Origin: Octopus sinensis
Taxonomy: Eukaryota
NCBI RefSeq assembly: GCF_006345805.1
Contig: NC_043005.1
Coordinates: 98,456,001-98,520,000, forward strand
Length of the DNA: 64,000 nucleotides
Direction of reading: 5' to 3'
This document shows positions 25,081 through 37,084 of the stretch, one piece after another. The position numbers were made by a program, and so were the translations under genes. The notes under the pieces are model-generated. The model had not been told where the DNA came from, did not search any database, and saw nothing but the letters and a program-made list of their open reading frames with translations. Positions within the stretch are counted from its first letter, which is position 1, and each line of letters opens with the position of its first letter.

Positions 25081-26007
25081 CATGCAGTTCTACTCAAGTG
25101 AAGCTCATACATTAAGTAGTGAAACTCTTGTGACTTGAGATAGCTAATGAAGATTCAAAAGGATTCACAAATGCAAAGGCATCAGTCACCATCAAGAGAA
25201 GGAGCTTGCAACAACAACTTTAAGTAGCTCATGCAATTTCCACTTGGGGCAAAGCATCTCTGTTGTTTATTTCACACAACACACACATACACACACACAT
25301 GAAGGCATGTATTTTAGTTCAAGCATGAGCAACTTTTTTTGAGATGCAGACTGCTTGAGACATGACTGATCATCAGATAGACTGCACTACTAAAAGAATG
25401 CAAGGTAATTTATCATTGCCATGCCATTCAGAAAGTCCTACAGCTGCAGTTTGCCCAAGACTGATCTAATTGATAGAGCGTTGTTGCTAATAATCATAAA
25501 GTCATAGGTTCAATTCTTAGATCAGGGGTATGTTGTGTCTTGGAACATGGCATTTTATTTCAAGTTGACCCAATCTACTTGGCCGCAATAAGCATGAGTA
25601 AAGTGCTGAAGACCCTTCAATCCCTGTCTCTCTCTTCAGTTATCTTGGGTGTTGCACTTGGTCAAGGGGAGAGATGGAATGAAGTTATCTATATCTGCTC
25701 ACGACTACATACATAAAACAATTAGCATAAACATAGTATACACGACCAAGTCATTGATGATTTCAAGAGATGGCTGTATTTTTTTCATTTACTTATACAT
25801 ACATAAATACACATATATATGTACACTTACGGATGCATACACATATATATGCACACATATACAAACACACACATATAGAGAGGATAGAGGAACAATTATA
25901 ATATACAGAAAACAGGTATGTTAATCATTGCTTTATAGAAGATACATGCATTTTACCAAAGTACTGTAATAATTACATAACAGTTGTAGAAACATTACGC
26001 AATCTTG

Positions 26008-26271
26008 CATTTCCAATTATAAAATTTGAAAGTGCTAGGGTTAAATTTTACCCTTTTATTATTAAATTTGAAATTATAATTTACTCCATGATAGATAACT
26101 GCACTTTTCTGTGGTACTGCTTATAACATACACATAGGTACAAGGGATGAATAGTGTATTCATATTCAGCTGTATAAATTTTGGAAGTGTTGGTTGGATA
26201 TCTGTTGCATGATATCGCTTGATCGTGTGCATATTTAGCCCTAGCATTTTCAAATTTTATAATTGGAAATG
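26008..26271. mobile_element. MITE-like element with 39-bp inverted arms
   Basis: catttccaattataaaatttgaaagtgctagggttaaat (26008-26046) matches the reverse complement of 26233-26271 at 37/39. Confidence 0.7.
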
Positions 26272-26606
26272 TTGCACTGAAGAGAGAAGAAATTGAAACA
26301 CTTTAATCTTGAAACTTGTCTGTGGCTGATTGGAGTCGTGTTGATTCATTGTTTTTCTCTTTGCCCGTGGAGATTCTTACAATAGTAGAAAAGGAATTTT
26401 TTAACTCCAATATCTAAATTCAGTATGTGGTGAAGCAATTAGCGGACCCTTAATTATAATATTTATAATTATAGAATATTTGTATAATTTTACCTATGAA
26501 GGTTATTTTAATGTGCCAATCTACTTGGTAAAATTATTAATTAATTTTAGCCTTTTATTATATATATATACACACACATACATATATGTATGTATATATA
26601 TATATC

Positions 26607-27630
26607 ATCATTATCATCGTTTAACGTCCGTTTTCCGTTTCTACAGCTGGATGCCCTTCCTAACGCTAACCACTCCGTGAGTGTAGTGGGTGCTTTTTAC
26701 ATGCCACCGGCACAAGTGCCAGGGGAGTCTGGCAGCGGCCACAATTGGTTGGTGCTTTTAACGTGCCACTTGCACGGAAGCCAGTCAAAGCGACGCTGGC
26801 ATTGGCCACGTTCGGATGGTGCTTTTTACATGCCACCAGCACAGAAGCCAGTCAAGGCGGCGCTGGCATCAGCCACATTCGGATGGTGCTTTTTATGTGC
26901 CACCGGCACAGGTATCACAACTACTATTTCCATTGATATTTATTTCGATGTACTTGACTCAACAGGTCTCCTCAAGTACAGCAGTTTGTTCTGAAATCCA
27001 AGGTACTTTGAATGGGCTGGGGCTATGCGGAACTGGTGCAGGAAGCAGCCCGGGTCTTTGCAGTCACAGCATATCTCCAGAGATCTCTGTCCTTCGTCAT
27101 TGTCTCTGTGAAGCCCAACGCTCTGTGGTCATGCTTGACTACCTTATCCCATGTCTTCCTGGGTCTACCTCTCCCCCTGATACCTTCAACTGTTTGGGAG
27201 CGGTACTTCTTCACACATCTATCCTCATCCATCCGCAGTACATGACCATACCATCGCAAGCGTCGCTCTTGCACACCACATCTGATGCTTCTTATGTCCA
27301 GCATTTCTCTCAGGGTGCTTACCCTCTGTCGTGCGTGCACACTGATATTACACACCCAGCAGATCATGCTAGCTTCATTTCTTTCAAGTTTACACATGTC
27401 CACTGCAGTCACAGCCCATGTTTCACTACCGTGAAGCATGGCAGTTTGCACACATGCATCATACAATCTACCTTTCCCTCTGAGCGAGAGACCCTTTGTC
27501 GCCAGTAGGGGTAGGAGCTTTCTAAACTTTGCCCAGGCTATTCGTATTCTAGTGGTGACACTCTCTGAGCATCCACCTCCACTACTAACTTGGTCACCTA
27601 CGTAGCGGAAACTATCAACTACACACGCAC
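26607..27630 (-). mobile_element. 5'-truncated RTE LINE: ~200 open C-terminal codons plus 3' UTR and (GAT)n tail
   Basis: ORF 27023-27685: FRYVGDQVSSGGGC..RIRIAWAKFRKLLPLL..LHGSETW..RRLRWYGHVLRMDEDR..GRGRPRKTW. Confidence 0.95.
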
Positions 27631-27667
27631 ACACGCACTCACACACAGTATTTATATGTATGTATAT

Positions 27668-27900
27668 CATCATCATCACCATCATTTAAGTCCGTTTTCC
27701 ATGCTAGCATGGGTTGGACGGTTCAACCAGGGTTTGGTAAGCCATGGAGGCTGCACCAGGCTCTAGTCTGATTTGGTAGTGTTTCTACAGCTGGATGCCC
27801 TTCCTAACGCCAACCACTCCGTGAGTGTAGTGGGTGTTTTTTACATGCCACCGGCACAGGGGCCAGAGCAGGCTGGCAAACGGCCACAATCGGTTGGTGC
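27668..27900 (-). mobile_element. RTE 3' UTR-only insertion
   Basis: (CAT)n, then ccgttttccatgctagcatgggttggacgg and ctacagctggatgcccttcctaacgcc. Confidence 0.85.
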
Positions 27901-28665
27901 TTTATATATATGTATATATATGTATGTATATATATATATATATATGATAGGTATTTGTATATATGCACACATATATGCAAGTATATATATATATGTATAT
28001 ACATATTCATATGTACATATATATATGGATATATGTATATATACATGTGTGTATGTATACATATGTATGTATATATATATATTTGTATGTATATGTATAC
28101 ATGTATATAAATATATGAATGTTTAACTATTTGTATATTTATGTGGATAGATGGCTCAATAGAAAGATAAATAGATAGAGAGTTGTTTGTGTGTGTAAAT
28201 TTAAAGATATATGTGTGTGTGTATAAGTATTTCATCATCATCATTATCATCGTTTAACAACCTCCTTTCATGCTGGCATGGTTTGGACGGGATATATGTG
28301 TATGTATATATATATATATATAAATCAACAAACCATGTGTGACACAAAAGAATTAGGCCTCACTATTACAATAAGCTGATGAAGAGCAACAACTTATGGA
28401 TTATTGACACAGACATTTAAGGTCATAAATGTAAGTTTTCATACCTGTGCCATTTAACCTATATTTGTGTGTGTGCATGCGTGTGTAAAGGCAGCATGCT
28501 GGGAAAAACTGTTATGTAATTCTTGCAGCATTTTATTGAAACAAATGTATGCCCTATAAAGCATTATATATCATTCATATTTTCCTTATTATTATTGAGT
28601 GAGAGAGCAGCACATGCCATCAAAGTGACACTGGGGTACAATTATACGAAGCTCAATTATATAAA

Positions 28666-28900
28666 GGTGGCGAACTGGCAGAATCATTAGCATGCTGGGC
28701 GAAATATGTTGTGGTATTTTGTGTGCTGTTATGTTCTGGGTTCAAATTCTGCCAAGGTCAACTTTGCCTTTCGTCCTTTAGGGGTCGATTAAATAAGTAC
28801 CAGTTATGCACTGGGGTCGATATAATCGACTTAATCCGTTTGTCTGTCCTTGTTTGTCCCCTCTATGTTTAGCCCCCTGTGGGTAATAAAGAAATAGAAA
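28666..28900 (+). mobile_element. tRNA-derived SINE family II, full length
   Basis: ggtggcgaactggcagaatcattagc head, gggttcaaattc B-box, gtcaactttgcctttc body, aataaagaaata tail. Confidence 0.88.
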
Positions 28901-30002
28901 AAAAAATTATATGAAGCCCAGTATACCCATCATGACTACCTGTCTGATAAGGGCACGTGCATCACAACCATATTTGCACGACATGGTGATTTTATATCAA
29001 AATAAAGAGCACATGACCTTGCAGGTGAGGCCCAGTTGAGTAGCCCATCCTGCTCAAAAGGTCCCTGTATAAGATCTGTTAAAGGATGATGAACAAAACA
29101 CCTATGTTTCCAGAGATGAATTATTCAAACCCCAAAGAATTCCTCTCAACACATGGCTATGATGCTCCCCAACTACTTCTGCTCATGATCAGAGATGCAC
29201 ATATCATTAACCACCAGCTGTTTCAATTAATACTCAGTAAATTTTAAGCAAATTTTAAATTTATATGACCTGAGCATAATATCTTCAGAGAGGAAAAATA
29301 ATTATGCTCAGGTAATATAAATTTAATATTTATTTAATATTTACTGTGTATTAATTGAAACAGCTGTAGGGGCTGATGATTAATTTACAGTTACTAATAA
29401 ACAATTATTAACTTCCTAATCTCCATTATCTTTTTCTTCTCTTATGTGTGTGTGTGTGTGTCTGTGTGTGCGTTTCATTGATTTTGAAAGGATGAAATAA
29501 GTACCAGTTGAGCACTATGTACAATATAATTATTTTAATCGGTGGAATTTACAATGACTCACTGGCTAGATTTTCGTCCACAAGACTTATCAAACATGGT
29601 TTGGTAAGTGTGATAGTTGAAACTGTAGTGGTACAAGTAGTTAGCGCCATATTGGATGAGATCCCTCGGCAGCCATTGCCATCTCTGAGACTGGAGCAAG
29701 ACCTCACCTGCATCCATTTGCCATGCGTGAGATCACAACGAGGCTTGTGATGTCAAACTGGATATAAGGGCCCAACACAACAGATTCTATTTCCTCTTCA
29801 CCACAAGCGCTTGCTGAACACACTTCGCTGGCTGGGTCTCTAGACTAGTCCTGTCTGCATGTCATATCTCCAGAGGCAATGGGCCTGCGTTAACGGAGAT
29901 ACAATGAGACGCACACAGCTTGAGATGGTATACTGCGGGCAACACACTTCATCTATTCTGTGTAACTTGTAAATAAACTGGTTGTGAATTGCATTTTTAC
30001 TT

Positions 30003-30650
30003 AGTGACCAGGACCTCTGGAAATATGCTGTGCTGCAGAAGACTCAGCAAGCACAAGTGTGGCCATAACCTTGTGGCCTATGCTAGGGGTGTAACCAGTC
30101 CACTTGTGCATGCCTTTTCTTCATTGGACACTAAACTCTGTTTGCAAAGACCAGTTGAGGCAAGTGAAATCGAAGTCAAAATCAAACTCGGTGACTGGCA
30201 TCCGTTGCTAGTGAAGCACTAAGAGTACCATACGGGTGAGATCGTTGCCAGAGCAACAAGCTGGCCTTCATGCCGATGGCATGTTAAACACACCATTCGA
30301 GCGTGATCGTTACCGCGTCACCTTACTAGCACTTGTGCTGGTGGCACGTGAAACATTCGAGCGAGGTCGTCGCCAGTGCCGCTGGACTGGCTCCTGTGCA
30401 GGTGGCACATAAAAAGCACCATTTGGGTGTGGCCATTGCCAGTACCACTAAACTGGCCCTCATACCAGTGGCACGTAAAAGCACCCACTACACTCTCGGG
30501 GTGGTTGGCGTTAGGAAGGGCATCCAGCTGTAGAAACTCTACCAGATCAGGTTGGAGATTGGTGCAGCCATCTGGTTCGCCAGACCTCAGTCAAATTCTC
30601 CAACCCATGCTAGCATGGAAAGTGGACATTAATTGATGATGATGATGATG
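30003..30650 (+). mobile_element. RTE 3' end inserted into the 5' LTR
   Basis: gacctctggaaatatgctgtg (DLWKYAV) through the UTR subrepeats to a (GAT)n tail; short ACTT duplication at 29999-30002 and 30651-30654. Confidence 0.85.
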
Positions 30651-30755
30651 ACTTCTTTCCTCGCCTGCTGGAGCCTGAAACAACACAAAGAACAATTTTT
30701 AATGGTAGAAGGTGATATTCATCTGATATCATGAACCTTGCCTCCCATTATAAAA

Positions 30756-30772
30756 TGGTGACCCCGAACGTG
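30756..30772 (+). promoter_or_regulatory. tRNA-Trp primer-binding site
   Basis: TGGTGACCCCGAACGTG matches the tRNA-Trp 3' complement TGGTGACCCCGACGTG with one extra A; starts 3 nt after the LTR end. Confidence 0.88.
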
Positions 30773-31151
30773 TAAAGGATCTCCGGCAGTCAAAAGGAGC
30801 TACAGAAAGCCAGAAGAATCAACTCAACTTCCAGCCCTCGTTCCTGTCTGCTGCCACATTTGAATTGTCCCACATTGAAAAAGACATTACCAGTCATGCG
30901 CCATTCTCTGGCGAATTTTTCAACTGACAAAAAAAAAGAAAAAATTTATTGCTACAAGCACACACATCAAATCACAGTGTTTTTGACATTTTTTTGTTTG
31001 TTTTTTGGCAGCACAACAACAGGTTTGGCACCAAAATTTTTTTTTCTTGTCTGTGCATACAGTACATAATTCAATAAATTTTTCTCAGAAAAAAATGTTT
31101 TCTTCTCGCACACACACTGTCCTTTTCTTTTTCTCCTCTGACAGAAAAAAA

Positions 31152-32157
31152 ATGAGTTTACCTAATCTTCCTTCTTTCACAGGTGACGTCATGCTTTAGT
31201 TCACTCAGTTGGAACCGTATTTTACAGCACATGCGGTACCTTCGCAGCGACAATTAAATCTTCTCCTTTGTAGCATTCCTGCACCACTCGCTACTTCAGT
31301 CAGGGATCTCATCACTAATCCTTGTCCGGATGCGACTTATAAGGTAGTCAAATCTGAGGTTCTCCAACTGAACACTAAATCTGCGGAGTCTAAGTTTAAG
31401 CAGCTAATGCAGGATGAAGAGCTAGGAGCCATCTCCGTGAGCTCAGTGACACGACTGAGGACAACTTGCTCTTACAGAAGCTTTTCTTCTCCCGGCTACC
31501 TCCCAATGTGCAAACCATTTTAGCCACAGTGGTCGATACCAACACCATGGATCAACTAGCTACCATAGCTGATAAAATTTTAGAGTTCGCTATCCAGCCA
31601 GCATCTCGCCATGTCTGCTCTTGCTCAGAGGTTTCATCCACTGCATCTTCCTCATCACATGATGATATTGTGGAGAAACTTGCTTCTTTAACAAGCCGTA
31701 TGGACACGCTTTGCTGAGGGCGCTCCAACTCTTCGCACCATCGCAGTTTGAAACCAGTCCCGTTCATGCTCGACCAATTCCTTTTCATTTAGTTCCGGTC
31801 TTTGTTGGTACCATGCCAGGTATCAGTATAGAGCCTGTAAATACATTCAGCTTTCTTCTTTCCAGTCGTCGGAAAACAACCTGTGGAGGGTTTGAGTACG
31901 TCAAGCACTTCCAGCCAATTATCCTCAAATCGTGCATATTTTGTGAAGTACCGCGTGTCTAACGAGGCGTTTATGGTTGACACGGGTTCTAGCTGCTCTA
32001 TTTGGCCTTTGCGTCTCGCTACAGACAAGCCAATGCGTTCAGAGATCACCTTGCATGTGGTCAAATGGTCTCCCATTGCGACTTATGGTCAAGTTTCCTT
32101 ACATATTGACATTAATCTTCGCCGGGATTTTAGGTGGATTTTTGTCATAGCTGACCT
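31152..32157 (+). pseudogene. gag: Gag (DUF7041-like N-terminus, CHCC knuckle) and aspartic protease, disrupted
   Basis: MSLPNLPSF..ML*FTQLEPYF..VRDLITNP; KLFFSRLPPNVQTIL; CWYHARY..AC; protease FMVDTGSSCSIWP..RRDFRWIFVIADL joined directly to LTR sequence. Confidence 0.85.
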
Positions 32158-33554
32158 CGCCTGCTGGAGCCTGAAACAAAACAAAGAACAATTTTAACGG
32201 GAGAAGACGATATTCATCCGATATCGTGAACTTTGCCTCCCATTATAAAACTCTTGACCTTTGAGTCACTTTGTAACTTTTGCGGATTTAAGTCATACAT
32301 ACACACACACACACACGCGTGCGCGTATATGTAAAATATATATGTATATACGTGTGCGTGTGTAACTTGTTTACCTGTTAATTTGGTGTTTCCACGGCGT
32401 GGAGAGTAATCAGCCTTCCCAACAACTGATATACACAAATATGTACCCAAACACACACATACACATACATCTATAGAAAAGGGTGGGGAGAGAACGAAAG
32501 GAGAAGGAAAAATAAATAGAAATTAAAGCTCAGTGCTGAATGGTTTTGTGGGAGAATAAAGACAGTTTACAGATGAGAAAAATAAAAATATTTTAAAAAT
32601 GAGGATTATTGAGTTAGGGGAAATAGCGGAAACACATTGTAAGGAAGAATAAATGGACTGGAAGAGAAAGAAAAAAAAAAAGAAAAAAAGGAGGATGAGT
32701 GGGGAAGAGGAAACAATGTAGAGCTTCTGGTTTGTTCTACGTAAACAGGTTGTGGTAAGAGAATGTAAAAATTATGGTGTACAGTTGTCATGATAATACG
32801 TCGCGAGTAACAGTGACTACATGCCCGAAGCTATTTTCTTCTTCCACTGGGCTTATTATTGTCGCTGCTTTCGTCTTCTGTTCTTCCTTCCACCCCGTCT
32901 GCTGATGTATACACCAACACGCTTTCTCACACACGTACACATTCTTGAGGATCTTCCAATTAATTTTCACTTAGTAGCGATAATATAGGTATTTGTAGGG
33001 TAATGGTGGTTGAGGTCTAGTTTCGAGCCCACCTTCGAATCATTTCCTTCATTTGAAAGGTATCAATTCTCCCTAACTCTGCTAATTTAGTAAATTGGCT
33101 GCACTAATTACGATTCTTTGACTCGCTAGGTTTTGCTTTAACTATGCTGTAGATGTTAATGATGATTGTTACTATGTTGTTACTGTTTAACCCTTGGCCA
33201 ACACTGAGCAGATCTATAATGAAAGATTTTGCAACTAAGATAACCACATTCCTTTGGGAACAGATAGGACTACACTATTCAATATATCCTTCCTTTTCTT
33301 TTCCAAGATAATAGAGTGCTGAAGGAACCGCTTATTTCTAGGTGATAGAGAGACCGTGTAGAGACTCTTGAGCTTGGATAATTAAAGAATTACGTACTAA
33401 AAAGTATGGTTCAGTTTTTTATTCTCTCTAAGTATTCGCTTTTAAATTAAATACTATTTCCTTCAGCGAAGATTAGTTTGATACATAAATAATTTAATGT
33501 ACTGGTTTATAAATCACGAATAATTGTGTGCATGGTTTAATGCATACATACAGA

Positions 33555-33712
33555 ATATTGCACGTACATACATACATGCATACATACATACATGCATACA
33601 TACATACATACATGCATACATACATACATGCATGCATACATACATACATACATACATACATGCATACATACATACATGCATACATACATACATACATACA
33701 TACGCATGCACA
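33555..33712 (+). repeat. (CATA)n/(CATG) compound microsatellite
   Basis: Direct reading of the sequence. Confidence 0.95.
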
Positions 33713-34598
33713 TCCATACACACATGTATATGTGAGTGTGTGTGTATGTACATGAGCATACACACAATGTAGACGTGTATGTATATACACGTATATGTGT
33801 GTCTATACTGTTTCAATAGTTTTCTAACATGTACACGTATGCTTTTGTTTTTCAAAGAAATAAAAACTTTTTATTGAAAATATAATTTTAAAAATCTATC
33901 TGTATAAAAAAATTTTTTTTTGTATAACAAAATTTTACACTTACTCATAATTAAGAAAAAAATAAATTTGTTTATTTATTTATTTTTCATTTTATGCAAC
34001 AAAATTATCAATGTAGATTACGAAGAAAGTAATCTAAGAACAAAAATTGCTCTGATTACTCCCTGATATTGTTTACTATTCGTTAAAACAATTAAAATCT
34101 TGGACGAAGAAAAATTACATGGTAAAAAAAATTCAAAGGGAAAATTTTTTAAGAAGGAAATATATTTATACTAAAGGAATTTCTGGTGACAATATAAGCG
34201 GTAAAACTTGCACCAATAACAAGAGACAGAGGGGGGTAAACTGTAATTTCCGAAAAGAAAATGCTTTATTTTCCTTCTATTGTATTTTAGTATAGGCCGA
34301 GTAAGTTTGCTTCCTGGTTATACAATGTCTTCCGAGTTATACGATGTTTCCTGTAAAGTTGTGATGAACTAATTGACTACTTCCATACCCCTATAGTTAT
34401 GTGCCTCTATTAGAGATCAATATCTGAGGATTTCCTGGTACAAACGGTACATAGATAAACACTGATAACTTTTTGTTGCAGTTTGCTCTTTTATTTCTTC
34501 GCTTACTAGGAAAAGGGATTTAAAAATAATATAGATCTATAAAATGTATGAATGCTTAGTAGCTCTGGGTAAGACTAGATACTTCGTTTTTATTTCTA

Positions 34599-34989
34599 CT
34601 AGCAGTATCGTCCGGTGTTGCTCGGGTTTGTTTCGACCCTTTAGAATTGCAATTTTTGAAAGGTAAAAATTTTGCATTATGTAGCTTGTTGTTCTTTTTA
34701 AGTGAAGATTTTTCTGTTTGAAATACACCGAAAATGGTGACACAGCAGTCGAAAAATCGTAAAAGATAGGGATTTTCATAAAAAAAAAGCACCATTTTTA
34801 TGTAAATAATTTTTGGTGTTAACATGGTCTGATTAAAATTTTTTCTTCTACGGAATGAAGAGCAAGCCTTCTTCTATCATACTCTCAATTTTGGTCAACT
34901 TGCGCCGCAGGGTCTCGGAGGAGATAGTGTTAGTTGAAGGCTACCAAACCTGCCATACACAGTTAACTTCAGCTTTATATAGAGAGAGA
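34599..34989 (-). mobile_element. Non-autonomous Helitron, ~390-bp family, copy 2
   Basis: Reverse complement of copy 1: a|ctagcagtatcgtccggtgttgctcggg...cttcagctttatatagagagaga|t. Confidence 0.9.
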
Positions 34990-35221
34990 TTAGCCAAAAC
35001 TGATAGATTATGCTGGTTAAATTTTCTTGTAACCCTCAGTAGGTCATGGAACACAAACACTTTAAACAGTATGCCATGATCTAGTTAACCTAATAAATCC
35101 GAGCTCCTCTCGCCAGGCTATTGACATTGCTTGTATTCGCTGGTACGAGAAATCTACGAATCAATTTTGAACACGGTTGCGTTGATCCAACAGCTTATCA
35201 CTCATCTGTCTGTCTCTCAAT

Positions 35222-35602
35222 GTTGGCACTCCGTCGGTTACCACGACGAGGGTTCCAGTTGAACCGATCAACGGAACAGCCTGCTCGTGAAATTAACGTG
35301 CAAGTGGCTGATCACTCCACAGATACGTGTACCCTTAACGTATTTCTCGGGGAGATTCAGCGTGACACACAATGTGACAAGACTGGCCCTTTGAAATACA
35401 GGTATAACAGAAACTGGAAGAAGGAGCGGGAGAAAGTTGTGGTGAAAGAGTACAGCAGGGTTCGTCACCACCTCTTGCCGGAGCCTCGTGGAGCTTTAGG
35501 TATTTTCGCTCAATAAACACTCACAACGCCCGGTCTGGGAATCGAAACCGCGATCCTATGACCGCGAGTCCACTGCCCTAACCACTGGGCCATTGCGCCT
35601 CC
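35222..35602 (-). mobile_element. tRNA-derived SINE family III
   Basis: Minus head ggaggcgcaatggcccagtggttagggcag..ggtttcgattccc with A and B boxes, followed by a non-tRNA body. Confidence 0.85.
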
Positions 35603-35628
35603 TGATTTCTTATATTGCTTAAATGTCC

Positions 35629-35909
35629 CAATTGCAGCGTGGAAGGTGTTTATAAGCCATTTAAGAAACACACAAAAACCGTTAGATTCACTTCAACATT
35701 TAAATTTAATTTGTCAAAATATTTTCGTCGTTTTGAGACCGCGACCTGTTCACTGACAAAACTTCGTGCTGCATAGTTTTGTCAGTGAACAGGTCGCGGT
35801 CTCAAAGCGACGAAAATATTTTGACATATTAAATTTAAATGTTGAAGTGAATCTAACGGTTTTTGTGTGTTTCTTAAAAGGTTTATAAACACCTTCCACA
35901 CTGCAATTG
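35629..35909. repeat. 281-bp near-perfect palindrome (135-bp arms, 11-nt loop) of the hammerhead-bearing unit
   Basis: 35629-35763 matches the reverse complement of 35775-35909 with few mismatches; loop tcgtgctgcat. Confidence 0.95.
35778..35828 (+). ncRNA. Minimal type I hammerhead fold with G3-C8 swap (right arm); mirror copy at 35710-35760(-)
   Basis: tttgtca-GTGAACA-g-gtcgc(ggtctcaaa)gcgac-GAAA-ata-TT-T|tgacata; predicted cleavage between 35821 and 35822. Confidence 0.65.
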
Positions 35910-36296
35910 TTTTCGTTCCAGCACATGATCTCAGATCAGGTCACTTGCTATGCAAGTACATCTCCATAAATTAAATGTTACAATTTCGTAGAAAAATATT
36001 GATTGAATCAATTCACGGTATGTTTCATATTTAGACCTTTTCAGTCTCATAGCTTGAACAGATCCATGGGTATTAAATATTTTAAAGAGGAAAATCTCCA
36101 AATTACATCGTAACGTTTTGAAGGGGTGAAAGGAGAGAAGATTACATATCGTAGTCATGACTGGAAAGGCTCTGACTCAAGGTTTGCCCAAAGCACTAGC
36201 ATACTTTTGCCTTTACACTGATTTTATATTGCACTAGCGCTATAACGAGCAAAGGTTTATGTCGGTTCTCAATCAGAGAAGAATTCAACAAAATAT

Positions 36297-36467
36297 CGTA
36301 GGAGTGGCTGTGTGGTAAGTAGCTTGCTTACTAACCACATGGTTCCATGTTCAGTCCCACAGCGTGGGACTTTTGGCAAGTGTCTTCTACTATAGCCTCG
36401 GGCCGACCAAAGCCGTGTGAGTGGATTTGGTAGACGGAAACTGAAAGAAGCCCGTCGTATATATGTG

Positions 36468-36498
<31 letters not shown>

Positions 36499-36708
36499 AT
36501 ACGTTTGTGCATCTGTGTTTGTCCCCCCCCCAACATCGCTTGACAACCGATGCTAGTGTGTTTACGTCTCCGTAACTTAGCGGTTCGGCAAAAGGGACCG
36601 ATAGAATAAGTACTAGGCTTACAAAGAATAAGTCTTGGGGTCGATTTGCTCGACTGAAGGCGGTGCTCCAGCATGGCCACAGTCAAATGACTGAAACAAG
36701 TAAAAGAG
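36297..36708 (+). mobile_element. SINE family I, full length
   Basis: Homologous to 9754-10135 throughout. Confidence 0.9.
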
Positions 36709-37084
36709 ATATAATTCGCGAGTTCAAGTGATCCAATACAATGAGTGAAATTTCTACGGATTATTAACAGTGCTGACACATCGTGAAAATTGTTATTTTG
36801 AACTATATATAAGACAATGCCCAAGTCTGAAAGAATGGTTGGACTGGTTGCAGATCAACTTACGGAAAATGACGTAGCTATGCGCATCGCAAAATCTAAT
36901 CAGGGAGAATTATAAAGGAACAGTGAAACTTTGGAAGCTGACTGAAAGAAGAAATGGCTTTCTGATAATTTCTGATAATAATTATACTGACGTTCTCATC
37001 CTGATTATCGAACCCTTAATTTCTTTGGACATGTTGGCGGCTTATAACAACTTGGACATGATCATGGTGTTATATCACGGGAAA

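Larger units (their letters stand above)
29624..32247 (+). mobile_element. CsRn1/Kabuki-like Ty3/Gypsy relic; RT-RH-IN and most of 3' LTR deleted; 5' LTR interrupted by RTE
   Basis: Shared LTR segment 30659-30752 and 32155-32247; TGTAGTGG start at 29624; AAAC 4-bp TSD (29620-29623, 32248-32251); PBS at 30756. Confidence 0.85.

Noticed and set aside
28377-28405. CTGATGA hammerhead core (also at 39864)
   Set aside because: No stem II or GAAA follows.
32788-33060. Penelope GIY-YIG or hammerhead on the minus strand
   Set aside because: Only INWKIL and a broken GAAAC-TAG motif; the core is not recoverable.
35540-35602. tRNA gene
   Set aside because: A/B-box head continues into a SINE body; no complete cloverleaf or acceptor stem. 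The same applies to the other SINE heads.
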